A stretch of 54,710 nt of DNA, the filler included, from Squatina squatina (lineage: Eukaryota), in assembly GCA_031763465.1 (NCBI GenBank). It is 3 parts of 3 records of this genome, joined end to end, with 100 filler letters (N's around TTAATTAATTAA, not from the genome) between each part and the next. Parts side by side here need not be neighbours in the genome. Positions count along the whole stretch, not along the records: positions 1 to 24,184 come from JARFOE010000230.1; positions 24,285 to 41,375 come from JARFOE010000100.1; 1 more part is not named here. One strand, 5' to 3'. Every line of letters begins with the position of its first letter. Within the stretch, counting starts at the first letter, position 1. Positions 11,461-24,685 of this stretch are shown here, one piece after another. The position numbers and the translations under genes are program-made. The notes below the pieces were generated by a model. It did not search any database, was not told the origin of the DNA, and was given only the letters and a program-made list of their open reading frames with translations.

Positions 11461-13579
11461 TATTATGGGGGTGCTCAGAACTACTCTTGCACTCTAACCA
11501 TGAACATTGCATAAATTTATCAGCAACAGCAGGTGAAATATTGGACCATTGGTGCTCAAAGTAAGCCATCCGATCAAACATTTGATTCTTTAGCAGACAC
11601 CCGCAAGCATTTTGCCGGACCCTCCTATTCTACGAGTTTCCTATCTCAGCTGGGTTGGAGAGTAGGCAAGTGCAGACCTGGTACTTCCCCACAAGGGGGC
11701 AGAAAGTGTTCAGCTGCAAGTTGGCAGCAGATCTCCAGCCAAGGGAGAGAGTCANNNNNNNNNNGAGAGAGGCACCGCCCCAATAGAGTATGGTTTGGAA
11801 ATTAATCTGCGCAACAAGAGTGGACTAGTCCTGGTGTTATTTTATAGCACAGCAGAATTTCTAGGCCAACAAGAAATGATTGTTTATTTATTAAGTTGCT
11901 CTAAAGCTACATATACATCTCTGGTGACATTAATGGCGACAGTAAGGTGTGTATAGTCTACAATCAGTTCATTTTATCATAGATGTTGGAGACACAAGAT
12001 GAAAACTGCACAGGGTCAAATGGAGGCCATCCAACATGCCAGATGTGGATGTGTCCGCTGCAATTTTTCTGATAATTAAACTCCTGAACAGTTTCAAAGG
12101 CATAGCCTATTGCAGTTTTAAAACTGTATAGAGCACTGCAAAATTACATCAGACTCAATAACAGTCAGAAGGACATAAGCCAACATGGATTAAGAGGAGG
12201 GCTGTCTATTCAGAGTACAAAGGTAATTGAGGTTGACACTGCTTTCTCCTTTTCTATTGTACCTCCATTATCGGCATGGAACAGCAATAAATGGAACTGG
12301 AGTGGGATTGGGTCACTCTCATGAGAAGGAAAATACACCAACTTCTGTGGCTTAGGTGCTAATCAATCAGTCAGTGGGCACTCAATCGGCGAATGGTCAC
12401 AAGGCTCCACTGGCTGCTGAAGGGTGCTAGGGTAGCGAAAAGGGCCTCCACCAGATGAGGTTTCCTGCAAAATGAAATAATCCATCNNNNNNNNNNNNNN
12501 NNNNNNNNNNNNNNNNNNNNNNNNNNNNNNNNNNNNNNNNNNNNNNNNNNNNNNNNNNNNNNNNNNNNNNNNNNNNNNNNNNNNNNATGTTCTGGTGAAG
12601 AAGGTGCGAATCGGGAACTCCTAGCAATCAAGTTGTCCCCACTCACATGACTGGCCAAGTACAATATTCAGAACAATTCATGTTGTAGAACCCCTGAGTC
12701 CAAAGTTCATTGAAAAATATTAGTTCAATATGCAGCCACGCAGTGTAAATTAAAAATGTTTAAGCAATTAATGGATACTTTGGACTCAGAGCTATTAACA
12801 TTCTAACAAGAACAGTACTTCCTTACATCAAATTCAACAAATGAAGCAAAGGTTACACAGTGACATTTAAATGTTGGTGTTTAATTTCAAAATCAGAAAT
12901 TGCCCAGAACTTGGCTTACAGATGTATTTCACATGCTGCAGTAGCAACACGCTTCCATTGCCAAGGTCAAATGAATAACTTCCAACCCCAGATAAATTTA
13001 AAAAACTGAACTGGGAAAGAAAGCTAATATGTGTCAAGTATACACTGTCATTTCCTTGAATAAACCCAGGTGGATATCCGAGCAGTCTACTTGCTCTGCT
13101 GTTGTTCAATAGGAAGCTTTTCTTTAAGTCCTGGTTTTATTGTTTGCAGCCAGACATACCATTTGTGATTTGGTGCTTTGATGATAGGTAGACAAACAGA
13201 TTAAGGGAAGAAAGATGAAAGAGATAAAAGAAAAAATAATAACTGGACATTTTCCATTTCCTGAATAAAAGGAAGAGCTAGCACGAAATGTCTGATTGAA
13301 TTCAAGTAACTACAATGTGAATAAACATTAGTAATTCTATCCCAATGTAAAAATAGGACATTTGTGTAATTTACCAGACATCAAAAATGGCCTGTACACA
13401 TCACGCTTCAGCAACCAGACATAATGGTTGTAGGTAATGTTCCACAAATAACTGCATTACATTGATGCAGCCAAATCTAGTCACCTAACTTCTGGGGTTG
13501 AAAGGAAGAATCTAATTTCACTGCGTGATTCGAGAGTTTTAAACACAGAGTTGCAGCAAAAGTCTGCACAAATTTTGAA

Positions 13580-14290
13580 GGTGACAACACGGTCAAGGAC
13601 TTGAGAGGAAAGGGAGGTTGGAGATGGGGCTGTAGTTTGTGAGAGCAGAGGGGTGGAGTGTGAGTTTTATGATTAGTGGGTGATGACTACAGCTTTGAAA
13701 GGGAGGAGGTATTATTTATAATGTACCTGAGGAGTCCCTGATGTTAGAGGACCGGGGGGTGCACACAAGGACATCGGAGATTCCAAAGGTAGGGAGGAGT
13801 GAGGCTATGGAGGGATTTGAAGCAGAGGATCAAATCATAAAGTCGATTGCCTGGTACACGAGAAGTCAGTGGGCCTCGGCAAAGATGTGGGCGATGGGGA
13901 AGCAGGCCGTAGTGCAGGTGAGGACACAGGCTGTTGCGGATGACTTATTGCGAATTGTCAAAATGAGGAGGTCAGCAAGGAAAGCATGGAAGAAATCCAG
14001 CTACAAAGTGGGAAAAGCATGGATTAGGCTTTTGACAGTAGAAGGGATGAGGGTAGGTATGATGACAGACTGTATTGCAGAGATGATGAAAATAGTCTTG
14101 GTAACAGATAAGTTGTGGAAAAGGAAGTACAACCTGGGTTTGTGCAATATGACAAGATGCCAAAGCTTTGGACTAAGCCTTAAATGGCAGCTGGAAGGGG
14201 AGTTGGAGTTGAGGCAATTGCAGGAACCAAGGAAGATAGCTTCAGATTTTCCAGCATTAAGTTGGAAGAAGTTTTAGCTCATTCAGGTCA
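13580..14290 (-). mobile_element. Decayed L2 LINE ORF2 fragment
   Basis: GA-rich + strand (GGTCAAGGACTTGAGAGGAAAGGGAGGTTGGAGATGGGGC...CCAGCATTAAGTTGGAAGAAGTTTT) typical of antisense L2 RT. The 178-aa + ORF is its shadow frame. Confidence 0.6.
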
Positions 14291-16439
14291 TAATTTTGGA
14301 AATGTAGGTGAAGTCAGTGGCCATAGGTTTATGTCTGTTCATTGATTTTACACCATATACTTGAACATTAGTCACTCATTTCTGAAGAACTAACAATTCA
14401 GTCAATAATTTTGCTTATTACTATCTGACTACTAAATGAGGAAAGGAACCTCNNNNNNNNNNNNNNNNNNNNNNNNNNNNNNNNNNNNNNNNNNNNNNNN
14501 NNNNNNNNNNNNNNNNNNNNNNNNNNNNNNNNNNNNNNNNNNNNNNNNNNNNTGCTGATTTTAAGCCCAATTTGGACCCCGCCTGAAAAGCAAATTTAAA
14601 GAGACCAATTCCACAGTTTACGGGAGGGGCGCAGAAACCGCGCACAAAACAGGCCTTTTCGGTAACTTAAGTTACCAGCGCGGCGCAACCTAATTGGGCC
14701 TCCAGTATTCTTTTTAATTTGTATGTTTTTCTCAGAATTGTGTATTCCAAATCCAAGATAGATGCAATATTCTAAACGAAATTAATGCTCGAATAAATCT
14801 CACCAAAACTGTCATTGAATTTAGTCTTGCCGTAGCATGATCACACCGTTCCTGTATGTTATGTAGACGTCTTCATTTGTCCTGTACATCCTTTATTATA
14901 TTTTTCTATACGTCCATAAGGAATACATTTTACATTCTAAAATAGATTACTACTGGCAGTTATGTGTATTTTTTTAGTGTCTTCATAGGACCAGAAACTA
15001 TAATGGGGATGATGCTCAAATGAAACTTGCAGTTGTGAATGAGATTTTCTTTTAATTACTTGACTGACAGTTGGACAGGAAGGCATTCACCATATTCCAC
15101 TAACATATAAAATGACCTCACGGTACTTAATCTGAAATTTAAGGCAATATTATGTTTTAAGGTTAAGCAACAGCTGAGAATTGTCATAAGGGATACTACA
15201 CCAGTCCATAGCTCTGGTGACACGTCGAAACAAATGATGAGAGCTGGAGAGTGAAATGCAGCCACAGTAGGATTTTAGGAGTCATACTTCTTAAATTAAA
15301 AAGACTAAGTGAAGATCAAAATACATGAAGGTAGTTGTTGGCCTGAATTATTGTGGTTCAGTTATTTAGTAGGATATGAATTTAGAAAGAACCCTTTCAA
15401 CTATCTAAATATTACTTGCATTAAGATCGTACAACAGCTCCTAATGGAGAAAGATGGGAATCTAAATCGAAAGAGGAACTCATTTAGCTCACTGAAAATG
15501 TAAAATGAAGGTGTGGTATAATGTACAGACAGCGATATGTCACTTAGACACAAGCTGGAATGGTTACATCGCTAGAACACCACTTAGGAGCGGTGAAACA
15601 GTATCTGTCTCTCACACTGACCCTTCCGTGACGAAATCAAGTAGATAAAGCAATAAAAAAATAGGAGACTTGAAGTAATATGGAGAAGAGGTCGGATCAT
15701 TTTTTTGTTCATGGTGAAAGCAAGGCAAGAGCATGGGGATGAACTACACATAAAGTCTGATGGATTATGGCTCACAGTAAATGTAATCTAAAACTGCACA
15801 GTAAGCTTAAATGGCAGGGAAACAACAAAAAAAAAACGCATTTTTTATTTTGTGTACCAACCTTGAACCGCCTTTTGATGTGAGGTTTAATTCTTCATAG
15901 TTCTTACTGGAAAACAAATACAATTGAAGGAGGGACTGAGTGGTGAAGGTTACAGTACAGCAACTACACATCAAGATACCTTTTCCATCATTACTGATTC
16001 ACATGGGGTTAGATCAAAGGCTGAAACTGATCCTTTATGCTCCTGCTCCTAAACTGAAGAAATCTATTAATTTGAAGTTTCATTCCCACTGAACACTAAA
16101 GCATGTTGGAGTGTAAATATTAGACAATTAGGATACACTTTCTGTAAACCAAGGAGTCACTATATAACAGCAGAAAATGGATGATTGTGCACTGAAACCC
16201 ATCACAAATTGCTTTGATCACCAACTTTTAACAAAGATTTAGTTTTGTGACCACCCACCTTGGTGCAGTAGGCTGGGGACCTCGTGAAATCACATATTCC
16301 TTCAGATCACTTTTTCATCCTGCTCCCATCTCGTTGGGTTGCTCATGTGTGTTTGATCAGTTTTGACAAGAAAGAAACTAGTGTTAATGAGAAAAGTTAA
16401 AATAATGGTCAACGAAGGATGATTCGAGCAGAGGAAATT

Positions 16440-16860
16440 ATATTCATATACTCCGTTCTATCTCACAGGGACACTTCAAAGTGATTCACATGCAAGGAAT
16501 AACTTTGAAGTGAATTGATTGTTGTTTTGTAAGAAACCCATTGAGCGCACAGCAAGATCCTTAAACAGCAATGAGATGAGTGATTAGTTAAATCTGTTTT
16601 CTGTTTGAGGGAAGAATGTTGGCCAGGACACTGTTCCCTGTTCCCTGTTCCCTGTTTTTCTTGAAACAGTGCCTTGGGATCTTTAACATTCTCTGGAACA
16701 AACAGACAGGGTCACAGTTTAACGTCTTATTAAAATACAACTCTGGTATTGCAGCATTCCTTCAATACTGCACTAGAATAGCAGCTTAGATTAGTACTAG
16801 AGCAGGGCTTGAACCCTTAGGACTCAGGCAAGAGTACCATGACTGAGCCAAGGATAACAC
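16440..16860 (-). mobile_element. Degenerate DeuSINE/SacSINE1-like copy
   Basis: Collinear with 39762-40213 (GCACAGCAAGATCC, GGCCAGGACAC, GTGCCTTGGGATCTTTAAC, GGGCTTGAACCC, ACTGAGCCA). Contains (CTGTTCC)3 at 16631-16656. Confidence 0.7.
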
Positions 16861-17405
16861 TCCTTACTCCTTGTAGTACTTCCCTTGTTGCCCACATCGG
16901 TCTTTTCTTCTATTCCCCACAACATTACTGGCAAAGAGACCAGGGATGCTAGTGACCATCTCATAATCAGCAGGTACACAAGAGAAGACTAGTGACCCTC
17001 TAACCTTCCAAGTAGTGAATCTCCTGGCCTTTGCAGGGCTGCTCTCTACAATGGCACATGAGATCAGCAATTAATTATTGAAAAGATCAAAAGCACAACC
17101 ACTTATCCTGCTAATGTTTGGCACAACACAAAGGGACCCCAACAAACTACATCTCTATAATTAAATTACTGAGTGGTTTGTAGACAGACAGAATTTATAA
17201 TCTACATTTTGTATTTAATACAATCTTCATGGTAAAAAGCAGAGGAACAACAACTGGAGACTAATAACTCATGGTTAGGTAAGAGAACACGCACTTCATC
17301 TCCAGGTTTACTGCTACCGTGTTTGCATAAAGGCAATAGTTGCTGCTAAAGCATTGCGTCTTTCATTAGTGGAACCTCTAGTAGGGTATGGTGTATGTCT
17401 GTAAT

Positions 17406-17527
17406 ATGTGTTAGGGAAATTGATAGGATTGAAGGCGGATAAATCCCCAAGGCCCGATAGTCTGCATCCCAGAGTACTTAAGGAAGTGACCCTGGAAATA
17501 GTGGATGCATTGGTGGTCATTTTCCAA
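17406..17527 (+). mobile_element. CR1 LINE ORF2 fragment
   Basis: Translation LGKLIGLKADKSPRPDSLHPRVLKEVTLEIVDALVVIFQ matches the CR1 KSPGPDxxHPRVLKE motif. Truncated by a gap. Confidence 0.85.
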
Positions 17528-20172
17528 NNNNNNNNNNNNNNNNNNNNNNNNNNNNNNNNNNNNNNNNNNNNNNNNNNNNNNNNNNNNNNNNNNNNNNNNN
17601 NNNNNNNNNNNNNNNNNNNNNNNNNNNACACTTAAATACAGCTGCTACTTTGTTATACAGCACACATTAGTATTTAATAGCGAGACAGAATTGGAAAAAA
17701 AACCCAGATTTGACACAAATGGTTTCCAGCTGATAGATGTAAGTCCTGGGTGCTGGGCTGTCACCACATGCCTCTGTTTGACAGGCCATTGTTTCAGTTG
17801 ATGTGCCTCTCCCACTGTGCTGTATGAACAGAGAATCATCATTCGGTATGAATTTACCTGACAAAATGCCCAAAAGAAAGAGCCTTGAATCACTGAAATA
17901 CTGGCTTTGTCTTTTAAGCAGTTTAAAAAGAACAAAATATAAGGCTCTAGTAACAATGCAAAAGGCAGTTTCAATTATAGGTCACAAACTGAATTAAATA
18001 TTTTAAAAATAGCATTTAAGAAATTAATTGCAGTGGTTTCATTACTTGGTGACAAAACTCCTCAGAATCTTGGAAAAAAAATCAAACCTGGCAAGTGAAA
18101 GAAGGGTCAATTTTGACCATAAATCTACTAAGAAAGAAAATGGAATGTAGAAGTCTTACTCTCATGGTAAATGACCTTTCAGCACATTCAGTTGATTGGT
18201 TTCAGTTCAGAAAGCACAAGTCCCTGTAAGTTTGAGATTTTTCTATAATAACTGCTGATACTTGTAAAAGAAAGAATGCAATAGTTATGAAAGGAGAAGT
18301 AATTGTGTGACTTAAAATTCATGGGCGCCCAATTGGTCTTCTTTAAGTTGNNNNNNNNNNNNNNNNNNNNNNNNNNNNNNNNNNNNNNNNNNNNNNNNNN
18401 NNNNNNNNNNNNNNNNNNNNNNNNNNNNNNNNNNNNNNNNNNNNNNNNNNCTATTCCTTTCAACGTTAAGTGACGTCCTGCACTACAGATCCTTCACCCA
18501 AGTTTCTTAATTTAAAAAAGAATCACAAAGTGTAATTTTTTTTTAAAAGCACCTTCTATGCAAGAAACACATCTCGAGTAATTGGACCTTCTTCGTATAT
18601 TAGATCAATGTTTTCAGTCCTTCTAAAAAGTATTAAATAAGATTAGGAAATCAGGCTGTTGAGCGATTTGCACTAAATAAATAGTGCCAATTTGAATTAG
18701 TTTCCACAGTTTCAAACATCGCAGGTTTCCCCAATTTGGGAAGATTATCACCAGGTAAAACTTTAAGCCTGTGTGAGAGGCAGAATGTTTGAAGAATGCC
18801 AGCTGTCCCCCGACAGTACAATAAATGTAATGACCCCATTAGCACAGGCAGTGCACCAAATACCATCCTGTTACTTTACTCCCGCTTGCAGTAAATCATT
18901 ACGGTAGAATTGCAAAAAAAAAATCACACTCACAATGGTTCCGCCTCGTGTTATTCACAAGGGAATTAAGGATGAGGAAGGACATTCAGTTCATCCTTCC
19001 AAAATGAGCTTTCTGCATCTCCCACCCATTCAGCATCCAAATGGTTCTTCAATTATTCCATATTTTTCGCCTCCAGTACTCTATCTATGAGTCTATTCCA
19101 TGTGTTGATCTTTCTGTTTGTGAAGAAGAAATTCCTGCAATCAATGAACTGAAAATCAGGTGGACCCACTTTGCCAGATTACCATCCATGCGGTGAAAAC
19201 AAGTATTTACCCCAATGGCTCNNNNNNNNNNNNNNNNNNNNNNNNNNNNNNNNNNNNNNNNNNNNNNNNNNNNNNNNNNNNNNNNNNNNNNNNNNNNNNN
19301 NNNNNNNNNNNNNNNNNNNNNGAGTGACACACATACCCCTACCTGGATGAAACATCTCTAACAGTCTTCAGCAATCCCAGTTCCGTTTCACCTGCAATTT
19401 GTATTTATTCAGCGGTAACTGTAAACCTTGAAATGGTCCCGCATTGTCAAAACTAGTGTACACGAGCTGTGCGGCCGTAAAATATTTCAAATGAATATAT
19501 CCATTAAATTAAATGTAAAACTGCGAGTCTTTGCTGGTTGGTCAACCGGTTGTGTTTGTGCAGCGGGAAAGGACTCCCACTCAATCTATAAAGAAGCCTG
19601 AATTTTGGCTTCAGTTATCTGGCAAATGAAAATTCAAAAGAGAGAAAATGCTGGAAAGCTTCAACAAGTCGATTAACCTCAGCAGTAGAAAGCATGTTGA
19701 CTGAGCTGCTGTGCATTTCCAGCATTCCTGGTCTTTCCTTTCATTTCCACCCAAATTCAGATCTGGGTAAACTCAGCCCTAGTCTCGAGCGCCAAAACAA
19801 AGCACTATTTGTGTTCAGATACTGAGCCTGTCTTTTCAAGGGATCTGTCACTGCTTCAATCTGCCCTTATAAGCCACTTGATTAAAGCAGCTTCTTTGCA
19901 ATTAACCAATTACAGCACGTGACTTATTGGGACTCAGCAGCAATACTCCGCAAAGCAGTTCCCTGTGTAACGAGGCTTGCATGTGTCAACTGGCAGTTAC
20001 CAGTCTGCCCCGTAATTGCTTCATTAATAACAGGTGGTGAAAATTTAATATCTGCTCACCTGCAGAAGCGGACTCTGAAGTATAAACTTGGAATTTATTT
20101 GAAATAGATCCAGTTCGGATCAGACCAGGGATAAAGGCATTACATTTTAAAATTGTACACATCTCTTCCCCT

Positions 20173-20265
20173 CCTGGCACATGCTACCACGGGTATTCCC
20201 TGGCACATCCGAGCACAGGTATTCCCGGGATCATAGGTGAACAGATATTCCCAGAGACATGCTCT
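20173..20265. repeat. Diverged 26-bp tandem repeat (~3.5 copies)
   Basis: (G/A)TATTCCC cores at 20193, 20219 and 20245. CCTGGCACAT at 20173 and 20199. Confidence 0.7.
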
Positions 20266-21170
20266 CCAGGAAAATTAAACATGGTGGCTTGTGTTAAATT
20301 TACGAACAGTTTCTTTGCTTGGTGATAGAATTTTAATGTGTGTGTGGGGAAGCATTTGAGTTAATTTATGAGGTTAGTCGTTACAGTACTTTAAACCAGA
20401 GATTCAGGGTTGTAAGTGCATAGGGTTTGTTATTTCAAGAGTTCAGTACTTTTGAATCCAATCAATTTTATCATTTTTAATAAAGTTTCATTTTTATTAC
20501 ACCAAGATATCTTCAGTGTTACTGATCAACTAGTGCATCTGTGACAGTTGCTGCCACCCTTACAATTAAAATGTGTAAAGTTAGTAAATTAAATTGCAAA
20601 GGCCTCTCCCACTCCATTAAAATACATTTGCTTTGCCGTTTTCTTCACGAAGATGATCTGGCCTGTGTCCACTACACTGCACCATGATAGGTATGTGCGT
20701 CAGCAGTCCATGTCATACAATATCATCACTTGTATAATAGACGTGCCCTGCGAGCCATCATAGTATGGAGTCTACCCCCTCAAAATAAACTGTCTGCTTC
20801 AATAAAATGAGGTTCCTGCCCCAAATAAAGTTACCCTAACTCTAAATCTGACCCAATTGAACTTTTACCCTAAACCTAAATCAAGATTCTATTGGCACAC
20901 TTGATGGGTCGCTTATTGGCACACTTCATGGGTCACCAACCTGAAACTGAGGGAAAATGCCCAAAGATGTGCGTCTGCTAAGTGTGACTGCATTGGGATG
21001 TTGCTTTGTGCCAGTTGATTATATCGTGACATCCCTTTGTGCAGTTACATTTATCTGAACAAGTGTTTTCCCTCCGTATTAGCATTCATGATCCGCCAGT
21101 TGTGCTCGAACTCTTGGCACAATAAGTATCCAAATGCTTACATCCATGGATGAGTTCGCTTGGAGATAAT

Positions 21171-22125
21171 GGCCCAAAAGTCCCGGTCGGTGGCTTCCTG
21201 TGTGCGGAGGCCTCCAACCGGAAAAATTTCTATAAAATTACCTGGTGGTCCGGAGGTTGCGAAATCTTCCGGTCCTGGGCCCCCGCAGGAACGTAGGCAG
21301 AACGGCCCAGGTATCTCACCAGTGTAGGCGGTTCGCATACATTGGTGGGAGCACCTGGAAGGCCCCAACTTATCAGGTAGGGGTATCTCCCATTCATACT
21401 TCTGATCTCAGTAGATGTATGAATGGGAGATACAAAAAACAGCACAAGCACATCAAAATAAATTTTAAAAGAACCTCATTAAAATGTAATAGTGCTATAC
21501 AATTAAATAATTAATAAAACATTTTGAAAATGTTTTAAAAATCTTACAAAATATACTTACCTTACTAGACCAGGCTTTTAAATAGTTAAATTAATTTTTA
21601 TATTTTTAAAAACTCTTACGCTGGTAAAATTAAAAAGGACTTTTGTTGGGCAAGTAGCCCAACTCTCCAACCAGGGNNNNNNNNNNNNNNNNNNNNNNNN
21701 NNNNNNNNNNNNNNNNNNNNNNNNNNNNNNNNNNNNNNNNNNNNNNNNNNNNNNNNNNNNNNNNNNNNNNNNNNNNATATACTTACCTTAATGGGAATGG
21801 TTTTAAAGTAATGTACCATTAATTTTTTTGATTTAAACCTTTTTAAAAACTCTTATGCTGGTAAAACCAATGATGTACGCTTGGTTTTACCATGCGTAAA
21901 AAAGTTAAAGAGATTTCCAGGGCAAGCGTGGACAAAATCTCGCAACTCTCCAACCTGGAAATCTCTTTTCCTGTCCAAATGAATGATCTGTCAAGCCAAA
22001 TCGTGACAGATCGCAAGTTCTGGATCTCTGGGCATGTGCAGTGCAACCCGAGATTCGGAAACTGCGAGCCCCCCCCGGGTGTGTGGGAAAATTGTACCCA
22101 CCCGGGGGATTGCAATTTCAGGGCC
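21171..22125. mobile_element. Harbinger-type MITE spanning a gap
   Basis: Ends GGCCCAAAAGTCCCGGTC and GATTGCAATTTCAGGGCC form imperfect TIRs, flanked by AAT on both sides (3-bp TSD-like). The halves may come from different copies. Confidence 0.6.
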
Positions 22126-23059
22126 AATGTTTCGAATCAAGAAGAGCATTCTATTATGAATATTGAAGACTGGTTGGTCACAAAACACCAGCTGTTGCTA
22201 AGTGAAATCTGTCTGTCTCTCTCTCTCCAATAGTACCAACCACATTTTTTTTCATATATCGAATTAACTAAACATGAACACCTTTCATGTAAGGGAATGG
22301 TTAAACATTGCCGTATGACAGATTGGCAAAGAGCCAAAGATCTACAGAAAAGAGCTGAGCACTACATTGATCTCATTTACAAAGATCAAACTTTTTCATA
22401 GTGAATTGTCTGATGTGGAACATAGAATGATTCGTGGATTGATGCACTTCTTCCAAGTGTATCTGTTGATTTAAATCATTATATCTGACACCCTTGAAGC
22501 TTTCTTCACACAGTAAGAGAACTTAAGCTGTTGGGAGGGGGAATGCATATTTCACACTTTGTGCTGTAAAACTATGTTGAAATTAAATATTCTACAATTG
22601 TTTCACATTCTAGTAATGTGGACAGAAGCAGGAGATAGAACCCAGAGGTTGTGACAGCCTGTCACACAGACATTGAATATTATTTCCATCAAACAACCTC
22701 CTATTGCAATTTTCAGCTATTTCCACACCTTGAAAGCCCCATTGAATAATCATGGTTTGAGTTCATAGTTGAGCTGCATATAATTGTTCCCTAGGGAGTT
22801 ATAAGCAGTAGATTATGGTGCAGAAACAAATTATAGCTACACACTTTTGTGTCGAGGAGAAATCATGTTGACATCATTGAACACTTTGTGATTGCACTGT
22901 GCAAATTATGGATTAGTAGTAGGTAGGGAGGAAAAATTGTGCTTCATGTAGTTGACTCCTTTTGAAAGGTGTTCATCGACGAGTCGAGAATCAGTAAGGA
23001 CATCTGCTGACATGTTTAAAATAGTGTTTTCTACAATATAGAAAACATCAATTTACAAC

Positions 23060-23282
23060 AGGAGGAAAAACTTGTTCACGCAGCGAGTGGTTAGGATTTG
23101 GGATGATAGGGTGGTAGATATAAATTCAATAGTAGCCTTCAAAGGGAATTTGGATGTCTACTTGAAGGAGAAAAAAATTGCAGCGAAATGGGGAAAGAGA
23201 GTGGATTGCTCTTCAAAAGAGCCGCCGCAGACTCGATGGGCCAAGCGACCTCCTTCTGTGCTGTACTGTTCTATGATTCTAT
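23060..23282 (+). mobile_element. CR1 LINE 3' end
   Basis: FTQRVVRIW...AFKGNLDVYLKEK followed by GATGGGCCAAGCGACCTCCTTCTGTGCTGTA and a TTCTATGATTCTAT tail. Confidence 0.8.
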
Positions 23283-24184
23283 ATAACCTGCACAGAATAA
23301 ATCAATAAATGAATTAAAATAAAAAAATGAATACAGCGCATAACTTATTTGCACATAATCCTAATAGTTCCAAAGTTTATTTAAATAATAATTNNNNNNN
23401 NNNNNNNNNNNNNNNNNNNNNNNNNNNNNNNNNNNNNNNNNNNNNNNNNNNNNNNNNNNNNNNNNNNNNNNNNNNNNNNNNNNNNNNNNNNNNAGTGGAT
23501 ATTTGAGTGTACTGGTTGGGGGGTCCAATATTCGAGCATTGAACTCACTTGGCTGCCCAAACTTGTACAACTTGCAGGCTTTCAAAACGTCACAGGCCTT
23601 TTCTTTCGATAGTAAGAAACTAAATGCAAATTCAGTCATTCCATAAGATGTCTCATCATGCTCTGCTTGTCTATTGATGGTGTTTACAGTAAACTGTTTA
23701 CAGTAATCTAAGACCTTCTGTTGGAAAAATATCTCTGTTTAATATATCAATTTCATTGGGATTATCACAATATCTCCTAGATAGAGCCACACATTTAGTT
23801 TTCAAACCATTTCCTCATCTTATCTCTGTAATTGAAATGTATATGCTTGGCGTCGAGTTCAAATGTCAAATGAAGTTGCACGCTACCTGATCTTTTCAAT
23901 TATCCACTACAAACCTTTGAATATCATTCCTATCTTTTCAATTTTAAGTCAGACAGAAGGATGAAATTTGACACCAATATATTGGACAAACACTTCTACC
24001 AACTGGAACAGAGTTCATTTTGACTGATGCTCCTGCAGATATGCATTAACCTCATTTTAACACAATACCCCAAATAGTCAAGATTAGTTTCCTCATTTAC
24101 ACGCAATAGAAGCATGCTTCCAACATATATATAATTAAAGACTTATGTCTAATCTGGAGCTTGTCACCAGAAATCTAGCCACTG

Positions 24185-24284
24185 NNNNNNNNNNNNNNNN
24201 NNNNNNNNNNNNNNNNNNNNNNNNNNNNTTAATTAATTAANNNNNNNNNNNNNNNNNNNNNNNNNNNNNNNNNNNNNNNNNNNN
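24185..24284. other. Artificial scaffold linker (44N-TTAATTAATTAA-44N)
   Basis: Palindromic six-frame stop 12-mer at 24229-24240 exactly centred in a 100-nt N block. Confidence 0.95.
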
Positions 24285-24379
24285 ACTTACTATATTGTCC
24301 ATTATTTATGAATGAGCCATTATGCTACAATGCATATTATTATAGTTTCTTAAAAATAAAGTATAATTTGCCCTCACAG

Positions 24380-24685
24380 GTATAGCCTTAGCACAACTTG
24401 ACCGAATGAACACAACAGAGCAGGTGGTTGTTAAATGTGCATCCATCATTGGACACACTTTCACCACAAAAATGCTTCGATACATCTTACCTGAAGGTGC
24501 TGAACAAAAATTAAATCAATCACTTGTATCATTGGTAAAATCGCGTACATTTGAGTGTGGATCAAGGAGTGATGAAGACTATAGATCAATGATTGACGAC
24601 AATCAGGAAATCCATCTCCTACAGTGTTTCTGTCTCCAAGCTGCAGACTCTGAGGACCGTCAACAAGAAGAAATCAGTGAAACAG
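24380..24685 (+). CDS. ADCY10: Soluble adenylyl cyclase (type 10)-like internal exon
   Basis: cag|GT ATA GCC...ACA G|gtaaac. Translation IALAQLDRMNTTEQVVVKCASIIGHTFTTKMLRYILP...LVKSRTFEC resembles recalled ADCY10 QLDSM...VRCAAIIGLTFTTELL...LVESNIFYC. Confidence 0.88.

Noticed and set aside
13741-14277. 178-aa + strand ORF
   Set aside because: It is the antisense frame of a decayed L2 element, with no domain or splice structure.
20832-20885. ACCCTAACTCTAA / ACCCTAAACCTAA telomere-like motifs
   Set aside because: Only two short degenerate units, too little to call interstitial telomeric sequence or a specific element.
21553-21562. ATACTTACCT, the 5' end of U1 snRNA
   Set aside because: No downstream U1 stem-loops or Sm site. 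It is better read as an antisense splice-donor motif in a repeat.
23681-23706. TGTTTACAGTAA direct repeat with forkhead-like motifs
   Set aside because: A simple short slippage duplication with no other support for function.
3682-24380. HS3ST3-ADCY10 neighbourhood as real synteny
   Set aside because: They are separated by a synthetic linker and many gaps.
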